Part shown: piece after piece, positions 1 to 10,242 of the stretch | Layout of the letters: each line of letters begins with the position of its first letter | Numbering within the stretch: the stretch's first letter is position 1 | DNA from: Candidatus Latescibacterota bacterium | GTDB taxonomy: Bacteria; Latescibacterota; UBA2968 | NCBI GenBank assembly: GCA_965204375.1 | Contig: OZ241986.1 | Coordinates: 5,568,001 to 5,632,000 of the forward strand | Reading direction: 5' to 3' | DNA: 64,000 nucleotides | The notes under the pieces: generated by a model | The model's input: the letters and a program-made list of their open reading frames with translations, nothing else | What the model was told of the DNA's origin: nothing | Database searches by the model: none | Translations under genes and position numbers: made by a program

Positions 1-1
1 C

Positions 2-280
2 GGTGTAGACGGGACTTTTCGCCTCGCTCTCGCATGTGGCGTCGGCGGCCTGAGCGTATATGTGGCGGACGCCGTGGTGCTCGCCGTGGCGTTGTCCGAT
101 GTGACAGCGCCTGCGACGACCTTCGGCGCGGTGCTGCTCGGGTTTGCCCCTGTCCAGATCCCCTTGGCGGTTCTTGAAGCCGTCGCCTCCGTCGGCATTG
201 TACGGCTGTTGGTCACACGTCGGCCAGACCTCCTGCCGAACTCGCTGAGTGCATCGTGGCGTAAGTCTTTCAGCATATAG
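2..280 (+). CDS. cbiM: CbiM-type cobalt ECF S-component, C-terminal part (5' end outside window)
   Basis: Frame open from nt 2. Hydrophobic ...FAPVQIPLAVLEAV... resembles the CbiM C-terminus. Followed by CbiN/Q/O-like genes. Confidence 0.75.
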   Translation, partial: GVDGTFRLALACGVGGLSVYVADAVVLAVALSDVTAPATTFGAVLLGFAPVQIPLAVLEAVASVGIVRLLVTRRPDLLPNSLSASWRKSFSI

Positions 281-381
281 ATTGCAGTCACTCTTGCACA
301 CTGACGGTTTAAAACCTTCTGGACTACCTGCCTGTTGGCAGACAGGCGGCTTAAACCATGCCGTAATGACATAGGATTTAT

Positions 382-687
382 ATGCACAATTTTTTTTGCC
401 GAGATGCACTGAGGAAGCTTCGCACCGTGTCCGCGCCCCTTGTGTACGTCATGCTTCTGTTGCTCGTGATCGGCCTGTCGGGATGTGGCTATGAAGGCAT
501 CGATGGAACCGTATTCGGTGCGACCGCGGAGGAGGGGGGGCGACCGCCTACAGAGAGCATCTTCGACCTGAGCCAGGGGGAGATCGGGCTCGCGATGTCG
601 ATCCTCATACTCTTCGGAATGGGATTTATCGCAGGGCGCTGCTGGGAACGAGTGCTCGGAGGAAAGCGCGATGCACCTCCACGCTGA
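382..687 (+). CDS. Small CbiN-like cobalt transport membrane protein (start may be 451)
   Basis: Two hydrophobic segments flank GIDGTV...GGRPP...QGE. Lies between cbiM and cbiQO. Confidence 0.6.
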   Translation: MHNFFCRDALRKLRTVSAPLVYVMLLLLVIGLSGCGYEGIDGTVFGATAEEGGRPPTESIFDLSQGEIGLAMSILILFGMGFIAGRCWERVLGGKRDAPPR

Positions 688-2005
688 GCACTCTCTGTTC
701 TTCGAGTGCCGCCAACCGCTATGGGTTGCGGCATTGGGTATCGCGCTGACCAGCAGCGTACTGATCGTCAACGCAGGCGCACGCAGTACCACCTTGTCCC
801 TGATCGGCTCAGGGATCGGCGCGGTGCTTCTGCTGTTCGCACGTGCCCGTGGACACCGAAGGATCAAGCCTGCCCTCGCGTGGATCTTGGCCATCGTGGC
901 GCTCGCACTGCTTGGTGGGGTCGCCCTGGATTCCAACGCGGATGTCATCGTCCAAACGAGCGTCAGGGTCTTGTGTGGCACTATCTGGATCCTCTGGCTT
1001 GGCACTCAGGTTGACTGGGCGTCGTTGCGACAACTCCTGCTTTGGCTTCGGATTCCTGAGGGCGTCGTGGCCAGCCTTGACCACGCGCTCATGCACGGTG
1101 TTCTCACCCAGCGTGAGTGGATTCAGCGGCGTGACGCGGCTCGCCTCCGCCTGGGGTCCCCGCGTTTGCCTCTGGCCGCCTGGGGACCGCTGCTCGGCGA
1201 AGGTGCCCTGCATGCCTTCGCGCGCCTCGAACGTGCTGAGGAGAACGCACTGCTGCGCAGTGCCTCTTGCGAAGACGTTCGGGCTCATGACGGCGTCCAC
1301 CTCGATGCCATCGACGTCGAACGCAGTGGGCAGTTGGTGCTTGAGCAGCTCGAACTTCGCTTGGCAAGAGCGGAGTGGCTGCTCGTGTGTGGGCCAAGTG
1401 GAGCTGGAAAAACGAGCTTATTGCGCCTGCTCGCGGGGCTCGACGGACCCGCGCAAGGGACCATGACTCGCCTCGGAAACCACGTGTCGCCCGATGCGAC
1501 GCTCCGCGCCCGGCTCCACGGACGCGTGGCGCTTCTCGACCAGAACCCAGAACACCACTTCATCGCAAGCACCGTCGCCGAGGACATTGCTTGGGGCCTG
1601 CTTCGTCGTGGCGTTGAGGCAGGCGAGGCGCGATGTCGCTCCCGCGAGGTGGCGATGGCCTTGCGCATAGACCATCTGCTGGAGCGTCCGTGTCATCAGC
1701 TCAGCTTCGGGGAGCAACGCCGGGTTGCGCTCGCCGGTCTCCTGGTGCTCGAGCCCGCGTTGCTGCTCCTCGACGAGCCCACGGCCGGGCTCGATCCCGT
1801 CGCGGCCCATGAGCTCCGCACGCTCGTTGTAGAGTCTGTTCGTCGGACGAGCGCAACGTGCGTCTGGGCAACCCACTGCCTTCATTCACTGCCATCCCAG
1901 GCAACGCGCGTCGTCTTACTGCGAGACCGGCGGCTGCTCTTCGATGGATCTACGGCAGAAGGGCTGTCGAAACCGTGGCTCATCCGGGCTGGTCTCGCTG
2001 TCTGA
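671..2005 (+). CDS. Fused ECF T-component (CbiQ-like) and ATPase (CbiO-like)
   Basis: N-terminal TM region with the T-component AxxLR motif. C-terminal GPSGAGKT, QNPEHHF, LSFGEQRR, LLLDEPT. Confidence 0.8.
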   Translation: MHLHAEHSLFFECRQPLWVAALGIALTSSVLIVNAGARSTTLSLIGSGIGAVLLLFARARGHRRIKPALAWILAIVALALLGGVALDSNADVIVQTSVRVLCGTIWILWLGTQVDWASLRQLLLWLRIPEGVVASLDHALMHGVLTQREWIQRRDAARLRLGSPRLPLAAWGPLLGEGALHAFARLERAEENALLRSASCEDVRAHDGVHLDAIDVERSGQLVLEQLELRLARAEWLLVCGPSGAGKTSLLRLLAGLDGPAQGTMTRLGNHVSPDATLRARLHGRVALLDQNPEHHFIASTVAEDIAWGLLRRGVEAGEARCRSREVAMALRIDHLLERPCHQLSFGEQRRVALAGLLVLEPALLLLDEPTAGLDPVAAHELRTLVVESVRRTSATCVWATHCLHSLPSQATRVVLLRDRRLLFDGSTAEGLSKPWLIRAGLAV

Positions 2006-2090
2006 AGGGAGAATAGAACGTATGTTGATCGGCACATCACACCCGAACCTCGAAATTCCAATATTCGTACCTCTGATCCAGGAGAACTAG

Positions 2091-3437
2091 ATGAACACAC
2101 CACGAAAAGTACCTGTTTCCATCCTCACCGGCTTCCTCGGCTCTGGCAAGACGACCCTGCTCAACCGGATCTTGAGTGAAGAGCATGGCAAGCGCATTGC
2201 TGTGATCGAGAACGAGTACGGGGAGGTCGGCATCGATAATGCGCTCGTCATCAATGCTGACGAGGAGATCTTCGAAATGTCGAACGGCTGCATCTGCTGC
2301 ACGGTGCGCGGAGACCTGATTCGCGTGCTCGGCAACCTCATGAAGCGCCGAGACAAGTTCGACTACGTGTTGGTGGAGACCACGGGGCTCGCCGATCCCG
2401 GTCCGGTCGCTCAAACCTTCTTCATGGACGACGAGATTCGCGCGGAGTTCGCGCTTGACGGGATCGTCACGCTCGTCGACGCAGCCCACATCGAGCAGCA
2501 GATCGGACGAAGCGACGAGAGCACGGAACAGATCGCGTTCGCGGACGTCCTTGTTCTTAACAAGACGGACCTCGTCGACGGCGAGGTGCTCGACAGGCTC
2601 GAGGCTCGGCTCCAGGACATGAACCGAATGGCGCAAGTCGTGCGTAGCGAGCGGGCGAACGTCTCCATTGACACGGTACTCAACCTCGGTGCCTTCGACC
2701 TGGACCAGGTGCTCGAGCGTCGTCCCGCCTTCCTCGAGCCGGAGTATCCGTTCGAATGGACTGGCGTCTATTCGCTCGATAGCGGCCGCTACGAACTCAG
2801 CCTCGCCGATGGACCTGATCCGGCGATGTCGCTCGTCGTCGTGTCCGACCAGGGCACGGATGACGTTGCCCTCCGTGAGGGTGCGGAGTGGTGTGTGCGG
2901 CGGTACGCCGAACCTGCGGAGCTCATTCGCCCGGGGGAAGAGATTCCTGTCGGAAAGCATGTGAACCTCCGGCTCGATTCCGCAGGGCGCAAGTCGTTCT
3001 TCTTCGAGGTCGATACACAGGTGCGGGTTGGCCTCTACGCCCAGCATACCGCGGAGGAGTTCGATCTCCAACTGACGAACGCGGAAGGAGCGACAATCAA
3101 GCAAGAGGTCGAGCGCACCTGGATCGCACAGCACGAGCACGACGACGAGGTGGGCTCGTTCGCGATCGAGAGGGACGGCGACGTAGATCCCGAAAGGCTG
3201 GACGTCTGGCTTGGCGAACTGCTCCGTGAGCGCGGGGTGGACATCTTCCGAATGAAGGGTTTCATCAGCCTCGCGGGTGAGTCGTGTCGCTTCGTCTTCC
3301 AGGGGGTTCACATGCTCTTTGACGGCCAGCCGGAACGCCCATGGGGAGATTCGCCCCGGCGCAATCAACTCGTCTTCATCGGCCGCAACCTCGATGAGCA
3401 GAGCATGCGGCAGGGATTCGAGGCATGTCTGATTTGA
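2091..3437 (+). CDS. COG0523/CobW family metal-chaperone GTPase with internal insertion domain
   Basis: GFLGSGKT, GCICC (CxCC), ETTG, NKTD. CobW_C motifs RMKG, FQGVH, LVFIG. Confidence 0.95.
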   Translation: MNTPRKVPVSILTGFLGSGKTTLLNRILSEEHGKRIAVIENEYGEVGIDNALVINADEEIFEMSNGCICCTVRGDLIRVLGNLMKRRDKFDYVLVETTGLADPGPVAQTFFMDDEIRAEFALDGIVTLVDAAHIEQQIGRSDESTEQIAFADVLVLNKTDLVDGEVLDRLEARLQDMNRMAQVVRSERANVSIDTVLNLGAFDLDQVLERRPAFLEPEYPFEWTGVYSLDSGRYELSLADGPDPAMSLVVVSDQGTDDVALREGAEWCVRRYAEPAELIRPGEEIPVGKHVNLRLDSAGRKSFFFEVDTQVRVGLYAQHTAEEFDLQLTNAEGATIKQEVERTWIAQHEHDDEVGSFAIERDGDVDPERLDVWLGELLRERGVDIFRMKGFISLAGESCRFVFQGVHMLFDGQPERPWGDSPRRNQLVFIGRNLDEQSMRQGFEACLI

Positions 3438-4465
3438 ATGTCGCCAGACCAAAGGGTGTTCTTCGTCGAGGCTGGTCTGCGGTGGTCGGCGACTACGCCA
3501 TCGCCGGGGGCTGGGCCCTCCGCGGTGAGGCGCTGGTGGTCGGTGACTCCGCAGGTGGCATCTACGCGTTCGACGGCAAGTCCGGCGCAAGTGCCTGGCA
3601 GGGGGCTCATGATGGCGGTGTGCTCGCGATGGCGATCCACCCAAGCGGAACCGCGTTCGCTACGGCTGGTCAGGACGGGCGAGTCCTTATCTGGGGTGTC
3701 GCCGAAGGTCAGGTAAAACAGGCTATTGATGTCGGCAGCGATTGGGTGGAGAACGTGGCGTGGTCGCCGGACGGCCAATGGCTGGCGGCCTCCTGCTCCC
3801 GGCAGGTTCGCGCGTATGGTGCGGACGGCGGAGAAGTCTGGCGATCTGATGATCACCCCAGCACCGTCAGCGCGATCGCCTGGTCCAGTGCAGAGGAGCT
3901 GGCGACGGCCTGTTATGGTCGGGTGACGTTCTTCGACGCATCTACTGGAGAGCTGTGCCAGACGCTGGAGTGGATGGGATCCTTGGTGTCGATGGTACTG
4001 AGCCCGGACGGGGATATCGTGGCCTGCGGCAGCCAGGACAAATCGGTGCATTTCTGGCGTCGCTCCACGGGGCAGGACTCGATGATGTCGGGATATCCTG
4101 CCAAGCCATCGGCCCTGGCCTTCGATGACACTGGCACCCTTTTGGCCACCGGCGGAAGCGAGGCGGTGACGGTCTGGAGCTTCCAGGGAAGAGGTCCCGA
4201 AGGCACGCGGCCCGGCGTTCTAGAACTTCATGTTCAAACTGTTACAACGCTCGCCTTCGCTCGCCGCGGGATGCGTTTGGCCTCGGGAGGTCGGGATGGC
4301 GGCGTAGTTGTGTGGTCACTTAGGCGCGACGGACAAGGCCTTCCGATAGGAGCTGCGCCTGTGGCAGATGTTGTCGGTGCCTTGTACTGGCGACCAGATG
4401 GACGCGCGCTTGCTGCGCTCGACGCTCAGGGTGGCGCGACGGTTTGGCGAGTGGGCAACAGGTGA
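3425..4465 (+). CDS. WD40-repeat protein (COG0523-associated)
   Basis: Repeated AWSPDG/ATAGQDG..IW units. Overlaps the upstream GTPase gene. Confidence 0.9.
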   Translation: MSDLNVARPKGVLRRGWSAVVGDYAIAGGWALRGEALVVGDSAGGIYAFDGKSGASAWQGAHDGGVLAMAIHPSGTAFATAGQDGRVLIWGVAEGQVKQAIDVGSDWVENVAWSPDGQWLAASCSRQVRAYGADGGEVWRSDDHPSTVSAIAWSSAEELATACYGRVTFFDASTGELCQTLEWMGSLVSMVLSPDGDIVACGSQDKSVHFWRRSTGQDSMMSGYPAKPSALAFDDTGTLLATGGSEAVTVWSFQGRGPEGTRPGVLELHVQTVTTLAFARRGMRLASGGRDGGVVVWSLRRDGQGLPIGAAPVADVVGALYWRPDGRALAALDAQGGATVWRVGNR

Positions 4466-4545
4466 AGCGCGACCGCAAACTGAATCGCCACCGGTTTAAA
4501 CGATTCGCTGTTGGATGTTATCACCCTTTAAGTGAGGAAACTAAA

Positions 4546-5766
4546 GTGCCCCTATCAGAGAGACTTCCCGTTACTGTCCTGTCCGGCTTTCTCGGCGCAG
4601 GCAAGACCACTCTTCTCAACAACTTGCTCAACAACCGCGAGGGCAAGCGCGTCGCGGTCATCGTCAACGACATGAGCGAGGTCAACATCGACGCGACGCT
4701 CGTTGAGCGCGGCGGTGCGGAACTCTCGCGGACCGAGGAGAAGCTGGTCGAGATGTCGAACGGCTGCATCTGCTGCACGTTGCGAGACGACCTGCTCGCC
4801 GAGGTCTCACGGCTCGCGCAGGAGGGACGCTTCGACTACCTGCTCATCGAGTCCACGGGGATCTCGGAGCCTATTCCCGTCGCGCAGACCTTCACCTTCG
4901 AGGACGAGAACGGTGTGAGCTTGGGTCAGGTTTCGCGCCTCGACACGATGGTCACAGTCGTGGACGCGGCGAGCTTCCTGCGGGACTACAACGCCGCCGA
5001 GGCGCTCCAGGACCGCGGTGAGTCGCTGGGCGAAGAAGATCACCGGACGGTGACCGACCTGCTTATCGACCAGATCGAGTTCGCCAATGTCATCGTGCTG
5101 AACAAGCTCGATCTCGTGAGCAACGATCAGGCTCTCGAGGTCGAGGCCATCGTGAAAGCGTTCAACCCCGGCGCGAAGGTCCTCCCGGCGACGCGCGCAC
5201 AGATCCCGCTCGAATGCGTGCTCGATACGGGCCTGTTCGACTACGAGAAGGCGGCGAGCTCCGCCGGCTGGATTCGAGAGCTTCAGGGTGAGCACACGCC
5301 GGAGACCGAGGAGTACGGGATCTCGAGCTTCACTTATCGGACGTCGCAGCCCTTCGACGCCGAGAAACTGTGGGCGCTCCTGCACGACGACGAGAACTGG
5401 AGCGGCGTGCTCCGCTCGAAGGGCTTCTTCTGGGTCGCCGCTGACCATCGGGTCCTCTACGAGTGGTCTCAAGCCGGCGGCGTCATCAACGTGAACCCCG
5501 TCGGGATGTGGTGGGCGGCCGTGCCTCGCGAACACTGGGGGCACCCCGAGGGTCAGCGACCTGACCAGCAGCCGGGCTGGCATCCTCGCTTCGGCGATCG
5601 CTCGCAGCAACTCGTATTCATCGGCCGGCAGATGCACGAGGCGGCGATGCGCGCTCGCCTCGACGCGTGCTTGCTCGACGAGCACCTCGCCGCGGCTAAC
5701 AGCAAGACCTGGGCAGGGTTCCGGAACCCGTTTCCGGAGCTTCTCATGGCCGAGGGGTCAGCATGA
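4546..5766 (+). CDS. COG0523 zinc-chaperone GTPase (YciC/ZigA-like)
   Basis: GTG at 4546 after [51 protein letters not shown]. Confidence 0.93.
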   Translation: MPLSERLPVTVLSGFLGAGKTTLLNNLLNNREGKRVAVIVNDMSEVNIDATLVERGGAELSRTEEKLVEMSNGCICCTLRDDLLAEVSRLAQEGRFDYLLIESTGISEPIPVAQTFTFEDENGVSLGQVSRLDTMVTVVDAASFLRDYNAAEALQDRGESLGEEDHRTVTDLLIDQIEFANVIVLNKLDLVSNDQALEVEAIVKAFNPGAKVLPATRAQIPLECVLDTGLFDYEKAASSAGWIRELQGEHTPETEEYGISSFTYRTSQPFDAEKLWALLHDDENWSGVLRSKGFFWVAADHRVLYEWSQAGGVINVNPVGMWWAAVPREHWGHPEGQRPDQQPGWHPRFGDRSQQLVFIGRQMHEAAMRARLDACLLDEHLAAANSKTWAGFRNPFPELLMAEGSA

Positions 5767-5847
5767 CCGAAACTGCCTCATCCGTTCGATTTTGACGGCC
5801 TCGTAACATTTTGAAGTCACACATCGCGTTTTTTGAATACTATACTC

Positions 5848-6501
5848 ATGTTTGCACTTAAACACGTTGGGCATGTTTATGGCAGTCGTCTTGTATTGGA
5901 CTTGCCAGAATATATTGAAGCCAATCCCGGCGAAAAATGGCTGTTGCACGGGCCATCGGGGAGCGGCAAGACGACGCTTTTGCATATTATCGCCGGTTTG
6001 TTAAAGCCCTCACAGGGCAGTGTGCATATTGCCGAACAGGATATTTATGCACTGACAGAGACCGCTCGGGATCGATTTCGCGGGCAACGCATTGGCATTG
6101 TTTTTCAACAATTTCACCTGTTGCCCGTTTTTACGGTGCTGGAAAATTTGCTCATGGCGCATTATATGGCCGGTGTACCGCAGGACAAAACACATGTTCA
6201 ACAGGTGCTTGCGACACTCGGTCTGGCAGGTCGCGAACACGCCTATCCATCGGAACTGAGTTTTGGTCAACAACAGCGCGTGGCTATCGCCCGGGCTGTT
6301 ATTAACCGCCCCCAATTGTTGTTGGCCGATGAACCGACATCTGGATTGGATGACACGCGCAGCGAACAGGTGCTGGATTTGCTCACGTCATCGGCGCGCG
6401 AGGTTCAGGCAACTCTGGTGGTGGCTTCACATGATCATCGCATTACCGACAGGTTTGACCATTGTATTGCGCTCGATGAACAGATGGAATTGCCCGCATG
6501 A
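5848..6501 (+). CDS. ABC transporter ATP-binding protein (LolD/ZrgB-like)
   Basis: GPSGSGKT, LSFGQQQR, LADEPT. Confidence 0.9.
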   Translation: MFALKHVGHVYGSRLVLDLPEYIEANPGEKWLLHGPSGSGKTTLLHIIAGLLKPSQGSVHIAEQDIYALTETARDRFRGQRIGIVFQQFHLLPVFTVLENLLMAHYMAGVPQDKTHVQQVLATLGLAGREHAYPSELSFGQQQRVAIARAVINRPQLLLADEPTSGLDDTRSEQVLDLLTSSAREVQATLVVASHDHRITDRFDHCIALDEQMELPA

Positions 6502-7772
6502 ATCTCTTCAAAATTAGTCTGGCCTATATTTATCGGCGGAAGTTGAATACATTGCTCAATATGGTTTTGTTGGGGCTTGGAACGGGTATTGTCGTTGTTT
6601 TGTTGCTTTTTGGCGAACAATTTGAAGAGAATTTGCACCGCAATGTTCAAAATATCGATGTTGTTGTGGGTGCGAAGGGCAGTCCCCTGCAATTGATTTT
6701 GTCCAGCGTTTTTCACGTTGATGTGCCAACGGGAAATATACCGCTTTTAGAGGCGCGTGAACTGGCAAAAAACAGAGCGGTTGCACAGGTGATACCTCTG
6801 GCGTTGGGGGATAATTATCGGGGATATCGCATTGTGGGAACGACCCCCGAATACGCCAAACACTACCGGGCGGAATTGGTTGATGGTACTTTTTGGGATG
6901 CACCATACCAGGTGGTCATAGGCGCGCAGGTTGCCAGCGAGACAGGTCTTGCACTGGGTGATGAGGTTATTAGTTCGCATGGTTTGACCGCAGAAACGGC
7001 TTCTGAACAACACGAGTCGCAACCGTTTCGCGTGGTGGGTGTTTTGCAACCAACGGGTTCGATTATCGACCGTCTGTTACTGACTGCTGTTGAGACTGTC
7101 TGGTTGGTTCACGAACCGCATGAAGAAGAGGGCGATGAGCAGGATCACCACCTGGAGAGCCAGGCCGATGAGGATCGCGCGCGCGATGTTCTCGGTTTGC
7201 CGATGGACAGTGAAGCCGATGCCGAGCGCGAAGTTACGGGTCTTTTAATTCGCTATCGTTCACCTATTGCAGCCGTGTCATTTCCGAGGTATGTGAACAA
7301 AGAGACCAAATTTCAGGCTGCGTCCCCCGCATTTGAGACAACGCGCCTTTTTGCATTGCTCGGTGTGGGGTTGGAGGTGGTGCGGGTTTTTGGTGGGGTT
7401 CTGGTATTTGCAGCGGCGTTGAGCATTTTTGTGGCACTTTATAATGCGATGAAAGATCGGCGATACGATCTGGCTATGATGCGTGCTCTGGGGGCAAGTC
7501 GCGGTAAACTTTTTTTTCAGGTGCTTTTGGAGGGGGTTTTGCTTACACTTATGGGTACGGGGTTGGGTTTTGTGCTTGGGCATGCCAGCACTGAGGTGAT
7601 TGGCGCATGGGTGCGCGAGGCACAGCATATAAATTTGACGGGGTGGATTATTTTGTCCGATGAATTCTGGCTCATTGGTCTGGCGCTTGTGTTGGGTAGT
7701 GTATCGGCTCTTATACCCGCGCTTCAGGTCTATCGGACAGATGTTGCACAAACACTGGTGGAGGTGTCGTGA
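6498..7772 (+). CDS. FtsX/MacB-type ABC permease with His/Glu-rich loops (ZrgC-like)
   Basis: VGAKGSPLQLILSSVFH, C-terminal TM helices with MRALGASR. ATGA overlap with the ATPase. Confidence 0.88.
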   Translation: MNLFKISLAYIYRRKLNTLLNMVLLGLGTGIVVVLLLFGEQFEENLHRNVQNIDVVVGAKGSPLQLILSSVFHVDVPTGNIPLLEARELAKNRAVAQVIPLALGDNYRGYRIVGTTPEYAKHYRAELVDGTFWDAPYQVVIGAQVASETGLALGDEVISSHGLTAETASEQHESQPFRVVGVLQPTGSIIDRLLLTAVETVWLVHEPHEEEGDEQDHHLESQADEDRARDVLGLPMDSEADAEREVTGLLIRYRSPIAAVSFPRYVNKETKFQAASPAFETTRLFALLGVGLEVVRVFGGVLVFAAALSIFVALYNAMKDRRYDLAMMRALGASRGKLFFQVLLEGVLLTLMGTGLGFVLGHASTEVIGAWVREAQHINLTGWIILSDEFWLIGLALVLGSVSALIPALQVYRTDVAQTLVEVS

Positions 7773-8302
7773 TGTATATACAACGCACGGTAATGTTTAT
7801 TTTGTTATTTGCTGTGGTTTTGAGAATAGATACTGGCAGTGAGGCACCGCCCTCGTCAACAGACCATCGCCCAGAGCTTCAGGCGTCTCCATTGCCCCAG
7901 ATGATGAAGGGTTCGCTTTGGGAAACCTTTGCGACGGTGAGTTATGATCCCTATGCGCCGACCTTTATACCCATATTTTCCGATACGTTGAAAAAAATGA
8001 ATGGCAAACACGTCGAGCTTGTCGGGTTTATGATTCCGCTGTCGGCCCAAAGAAAACAAACGCGTTTTGTTTTGACTCCGTATTCACTTGGGGGCTGTTC
8101 GTTTTGTGTAGGCGGGGGTGGGCCTGAGTCTCTTGTAGATGTTCACCCGAGCAAACCGATTGATTTTACTTATTATCCCGTTACTATTACAGGTCGTCTG
8201 GAATTGTTGCAAAAAGATCCTTCCGAACTCTTTTTTCGCATCAGCAAAGCCAAGGTGATGGATAAGCGCGATATGAAAAACAATCTGGATAATGCATATT
8301 AA
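7769..8302 (+). CDS. DUF3299-like periplasmic protein (ZrgD-like)
   Basis: LVGFMIPL, FVL..., CSFC, ITGRLEL. Follows the ABC pair. Confidence 0.75.
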   Translation: MMYIQRTVMFILLFAVVLRIDTGSEAPPSSTDHRPELQASPLPQMMKGSLWETFATVSYDPYAPTFIPIFSDTLKKMNGKHVELVGFMIPLSAQRKQTRFVLTPYSLGGCSFCVGGGGPESLVDVHPSKPIDFTYYPVTITGRLELLQKDPSELFFRISKAKVMDKRDMKNNLDNAY

Positions 8303-8337
8303 GTGTGTATTTATGAAAAATAAAAAGGAGATAATAA

Positions 8338-8736
8338 ATGGCGCGTTTGAGCTATCAAACCGCAGGTGACAAAATCGCCATTGTTCTTTCAACAATGTGT
8401 GCGGTGCATTGTTTGACATTGCCTGTTGCACTTATTGCGTTTCCGTTGTTGGCAACTACATTTGTTGGCGATGAACATTTTCATGGGTTTTTGATGTGGC
8501 TGATTCTGCCCACCAGCATTCTTGCTCTTGGATTGGGGTGTCGCCGTCATAAAGATCAATTTGTCATTGGCTTTGGTATTCTGGGGTTGTCCCTTCTCGT
8601 CGTAATGGTTGTGGTTGGCCATGATCTTTTTGGGGAAATAGGGGAACGGATGGGGACCGTTTTAGGGTCGGGATTTTTGATCTCAGGCCATATTCGGAAT
8701 CATCATTTATGTCGCAGAGATGATTGTGAAAAATAG
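8338..8736 (+). CDS. MerC-domain membrane protein
   Basis: DKIAI..S.MCAVHC, E.FH, GCRRH, GH.RN..LC. Confidence 0.85.
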   Translation: MARLSYQTAGDKIAIVLSTMCAVHCLTLPVALIAFPLLATTFVGDEHFHGFLMWLILPTSILALGLGCRRHKDQFVIGFGILGLSLLVVMVVVGHDLFGEIGERMGTVLGSGFLISGHIRNHHLCRRDDCEK

Positions 8737-8764
8737 GATAAACATGTGAAAGGAGACGTAAAAT

Positions 8765-9217
8765 ATGGAGAAACAAAATCCAATGCGGCTCAAAGTGATA
8801 AGTGTTATAGTGTTTGCGTTCTTTGTTTCTTGCCATGGAGAAAATAAAGAAGATGCACACCACTTGCAACAGGCGGCGGATATTCACAAGGCGATGATGG
8901 AAATTGAAGAGCAATTTGAGAACCAACTGGATAGTCTAAAGTCATTTTCACATCATGCTGTGGAAATACGCGATAGTCTTCAAGTCATTGAAAAAGACTT
9001 TGAGTTGTGGGAAAAAAATGTGGTTGAAGTGCCGGGAGATGACTCGGCGGAGGCCCATGACCACGGCCATGAACACCATCACGAAAAAGAAAATCTACAG
9101 GTGACTCCCGAGCAAATGGTCGAGATCCAGAAAGAGCTAAAATCAAATCTCGAAAAATTGCTTTTGCGATTGCAATCGATTAGACAATTGCAGGCGCGTT
9201 CCTCAGAGGACGAATAG
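8765..9217 (+). CDS. His-rich putative lipoprotein
   Basis: Lipobox-like FFVSC; HDHGHEHHHE tract. Confidence 0.7.
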   Translation: MEKQNPMRLKVISVIVFAFFVSCHGENKEDAHHLQQAADIHKAMMEIEEQFENQLDSLKSFSHHAVEIRDSLQVIEKDFELWEKNVVEVPGDDSAEAHDHGHEHHHEKENLQVTPEQMVEIQKELKSNLEKLLLRLQSIRQLQARSSEDE

Positions 9218-9269
9218 ACGTACTGATAGACAACTATTTTGCTCGAGGTAGCTCCATATAGTATTAAAA

Positions 9270-9548
9270 ATGAATTTCTACACCAGACACCCGCTCGTTA
9301 AAACGCTGATGGTCATATTGCTCGTCGGCGCATTTGCCCTTGTCTTTGGGCATGCAGTTGACCATGTTGAACATGACACCCATTGCCTCGTTTGCCATTG
9401 GGTTTATAGCTTTAGTGGTCTTATCAGTGCTGTATTGACTTCTGGTGTATTATACGCCTGTTATTTTTTCGCTTCGCCGAAAGCCACATTATTGTCTCAC
9501 CAGTTTCCCATCTCGCATCAAAGCCGTTCCCCTCCAGTATTTTCCTGA
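9270..9548 (+). CDS. DUF2946/CruR-like small protein (HxxxHxxHxxHCxxC; C-terminal RSPP)
   Basis: N-terminal TM segment, CLVC, ends SRSPPVFS-stop. Upstream of a lipoprotein and TonB receptor. Confidence 0.65.
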   Translation: MNFYTRHPLVKTLMVILLVGAFALVFGHAVDHVEHDTHCLVCHWVYSFSGLISAVLTSGVLYACYFFASPKATLLSHQFPISHQSRSPPVFS

Positions 9549-9685
9549 ATCTTTCGAGAATAAACGTTGTATAAACCATCTGTCTATGTGTTCTCTCATA
9601 GGGGATAGATATTCTATCGCAATAGCTACTTTACAATTAAATCTGTACAAGTCTTATTCTTTCGCGTAATATTCAGGAGACTATC

Positions 9686-10174
9686 ATGTTTTTTAGAAGA
9701 AATTCGTTTCAAGGCATTCTTGCCGCTGTGGCAGTTCTGGCTTTGTTTGTGATCGGTTGTGGTCGTGACGATCCAATGGCTCACCAGGAAGAGCATTTCG
9801 AACCCGAGGGTCTGGTCATCATAGATTCGGGCAATCGGTTTTTCCGCTATTTTCGAGGGCAGATTGATGCCAGCGGTGGTCGGAAAGATCATCTCGATGC
9901 CCCCCTCAATGAGGAAACACCGCACTGGAGCATCCGTTTTCTGGATGAAGATGGCGATGAGATTCCCCCGCCAGATGATCCCGATTTCAAATTTACATGG
10001 GCGATTGCCGATCCCACGGTTTTGGAAGTTGTTCAGGATGCCGACGATGTCGGCAAGTTTGATTTTCACCTGCGTGGTCTCAAGGTAGGCGAAACTACGA
10101 TTGAGCTCCAGGTCACGCACGACGATCATGTAGATTTTCGCACCATTCCCATTCCCGTGCACGTCGGAGAGTAG
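9686..10174 (+). CDS. Putative lipoprotein, TonB-receptor partner
   Basis: AGGAG RBS, lipobox VIGC, His-containing N- and C-termini. Confidence 0.7.
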   Translation: MFFRRNSFQGILAAVAVLALFVIGCGRDDPMAHQEEHFEPEGLVIIDSGNRFFRYFRGQIDASGGRKDHLDAPLNEETPHWSIRFLDEDGDEIPPPDDPDFKFTWAIADPTVLEVVQDADDVGKFDFHLRGLKVGETTIELQVTHDDHVDFRTIPIPVHVGE

Positions 10175-10184
10175 TAACTGCTTT

Positions 10185-10223
10185 GCCCTCACCCGGTCTT
10201 TCAGACACAGGGTGAGGGCTTTT
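10185..10223 (+). terminator. Intra-operonic hairpin with U-tract
   Basis: GCCCTCACCC...GGGTGAGGGC followed by TTTT. Confidence 0.6.
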
Positions 10224-10242
10224 GGTTTATTGGAGGTTCATT

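Noticed and set aside
281-381. Cobalamin riboswitch or other RNA in the cbiM-cbiN gap
   Set aside because: No B12-box consensus; only one small hairpin.
2037-5685. Long antisense ORFs (535 aa, 292 aa, and similarly 39725-41038)
   Set aside because: Shadows of well-supported genes on the other strand, with no recognisable motifs.
8338-8736. Mercury resistance operon
   Set aside because: MerC-domain gene only, with no merA/merT/merP. The context is zinc/cobalt uptake, and the MerR at 17554 is unlinked.
281-9685. Possible Zur/Fur boxes near 362-380, 4515 and 9618-9640
   Set aside because: Only half-site or weak similarity, with no consistent palindrome among them.
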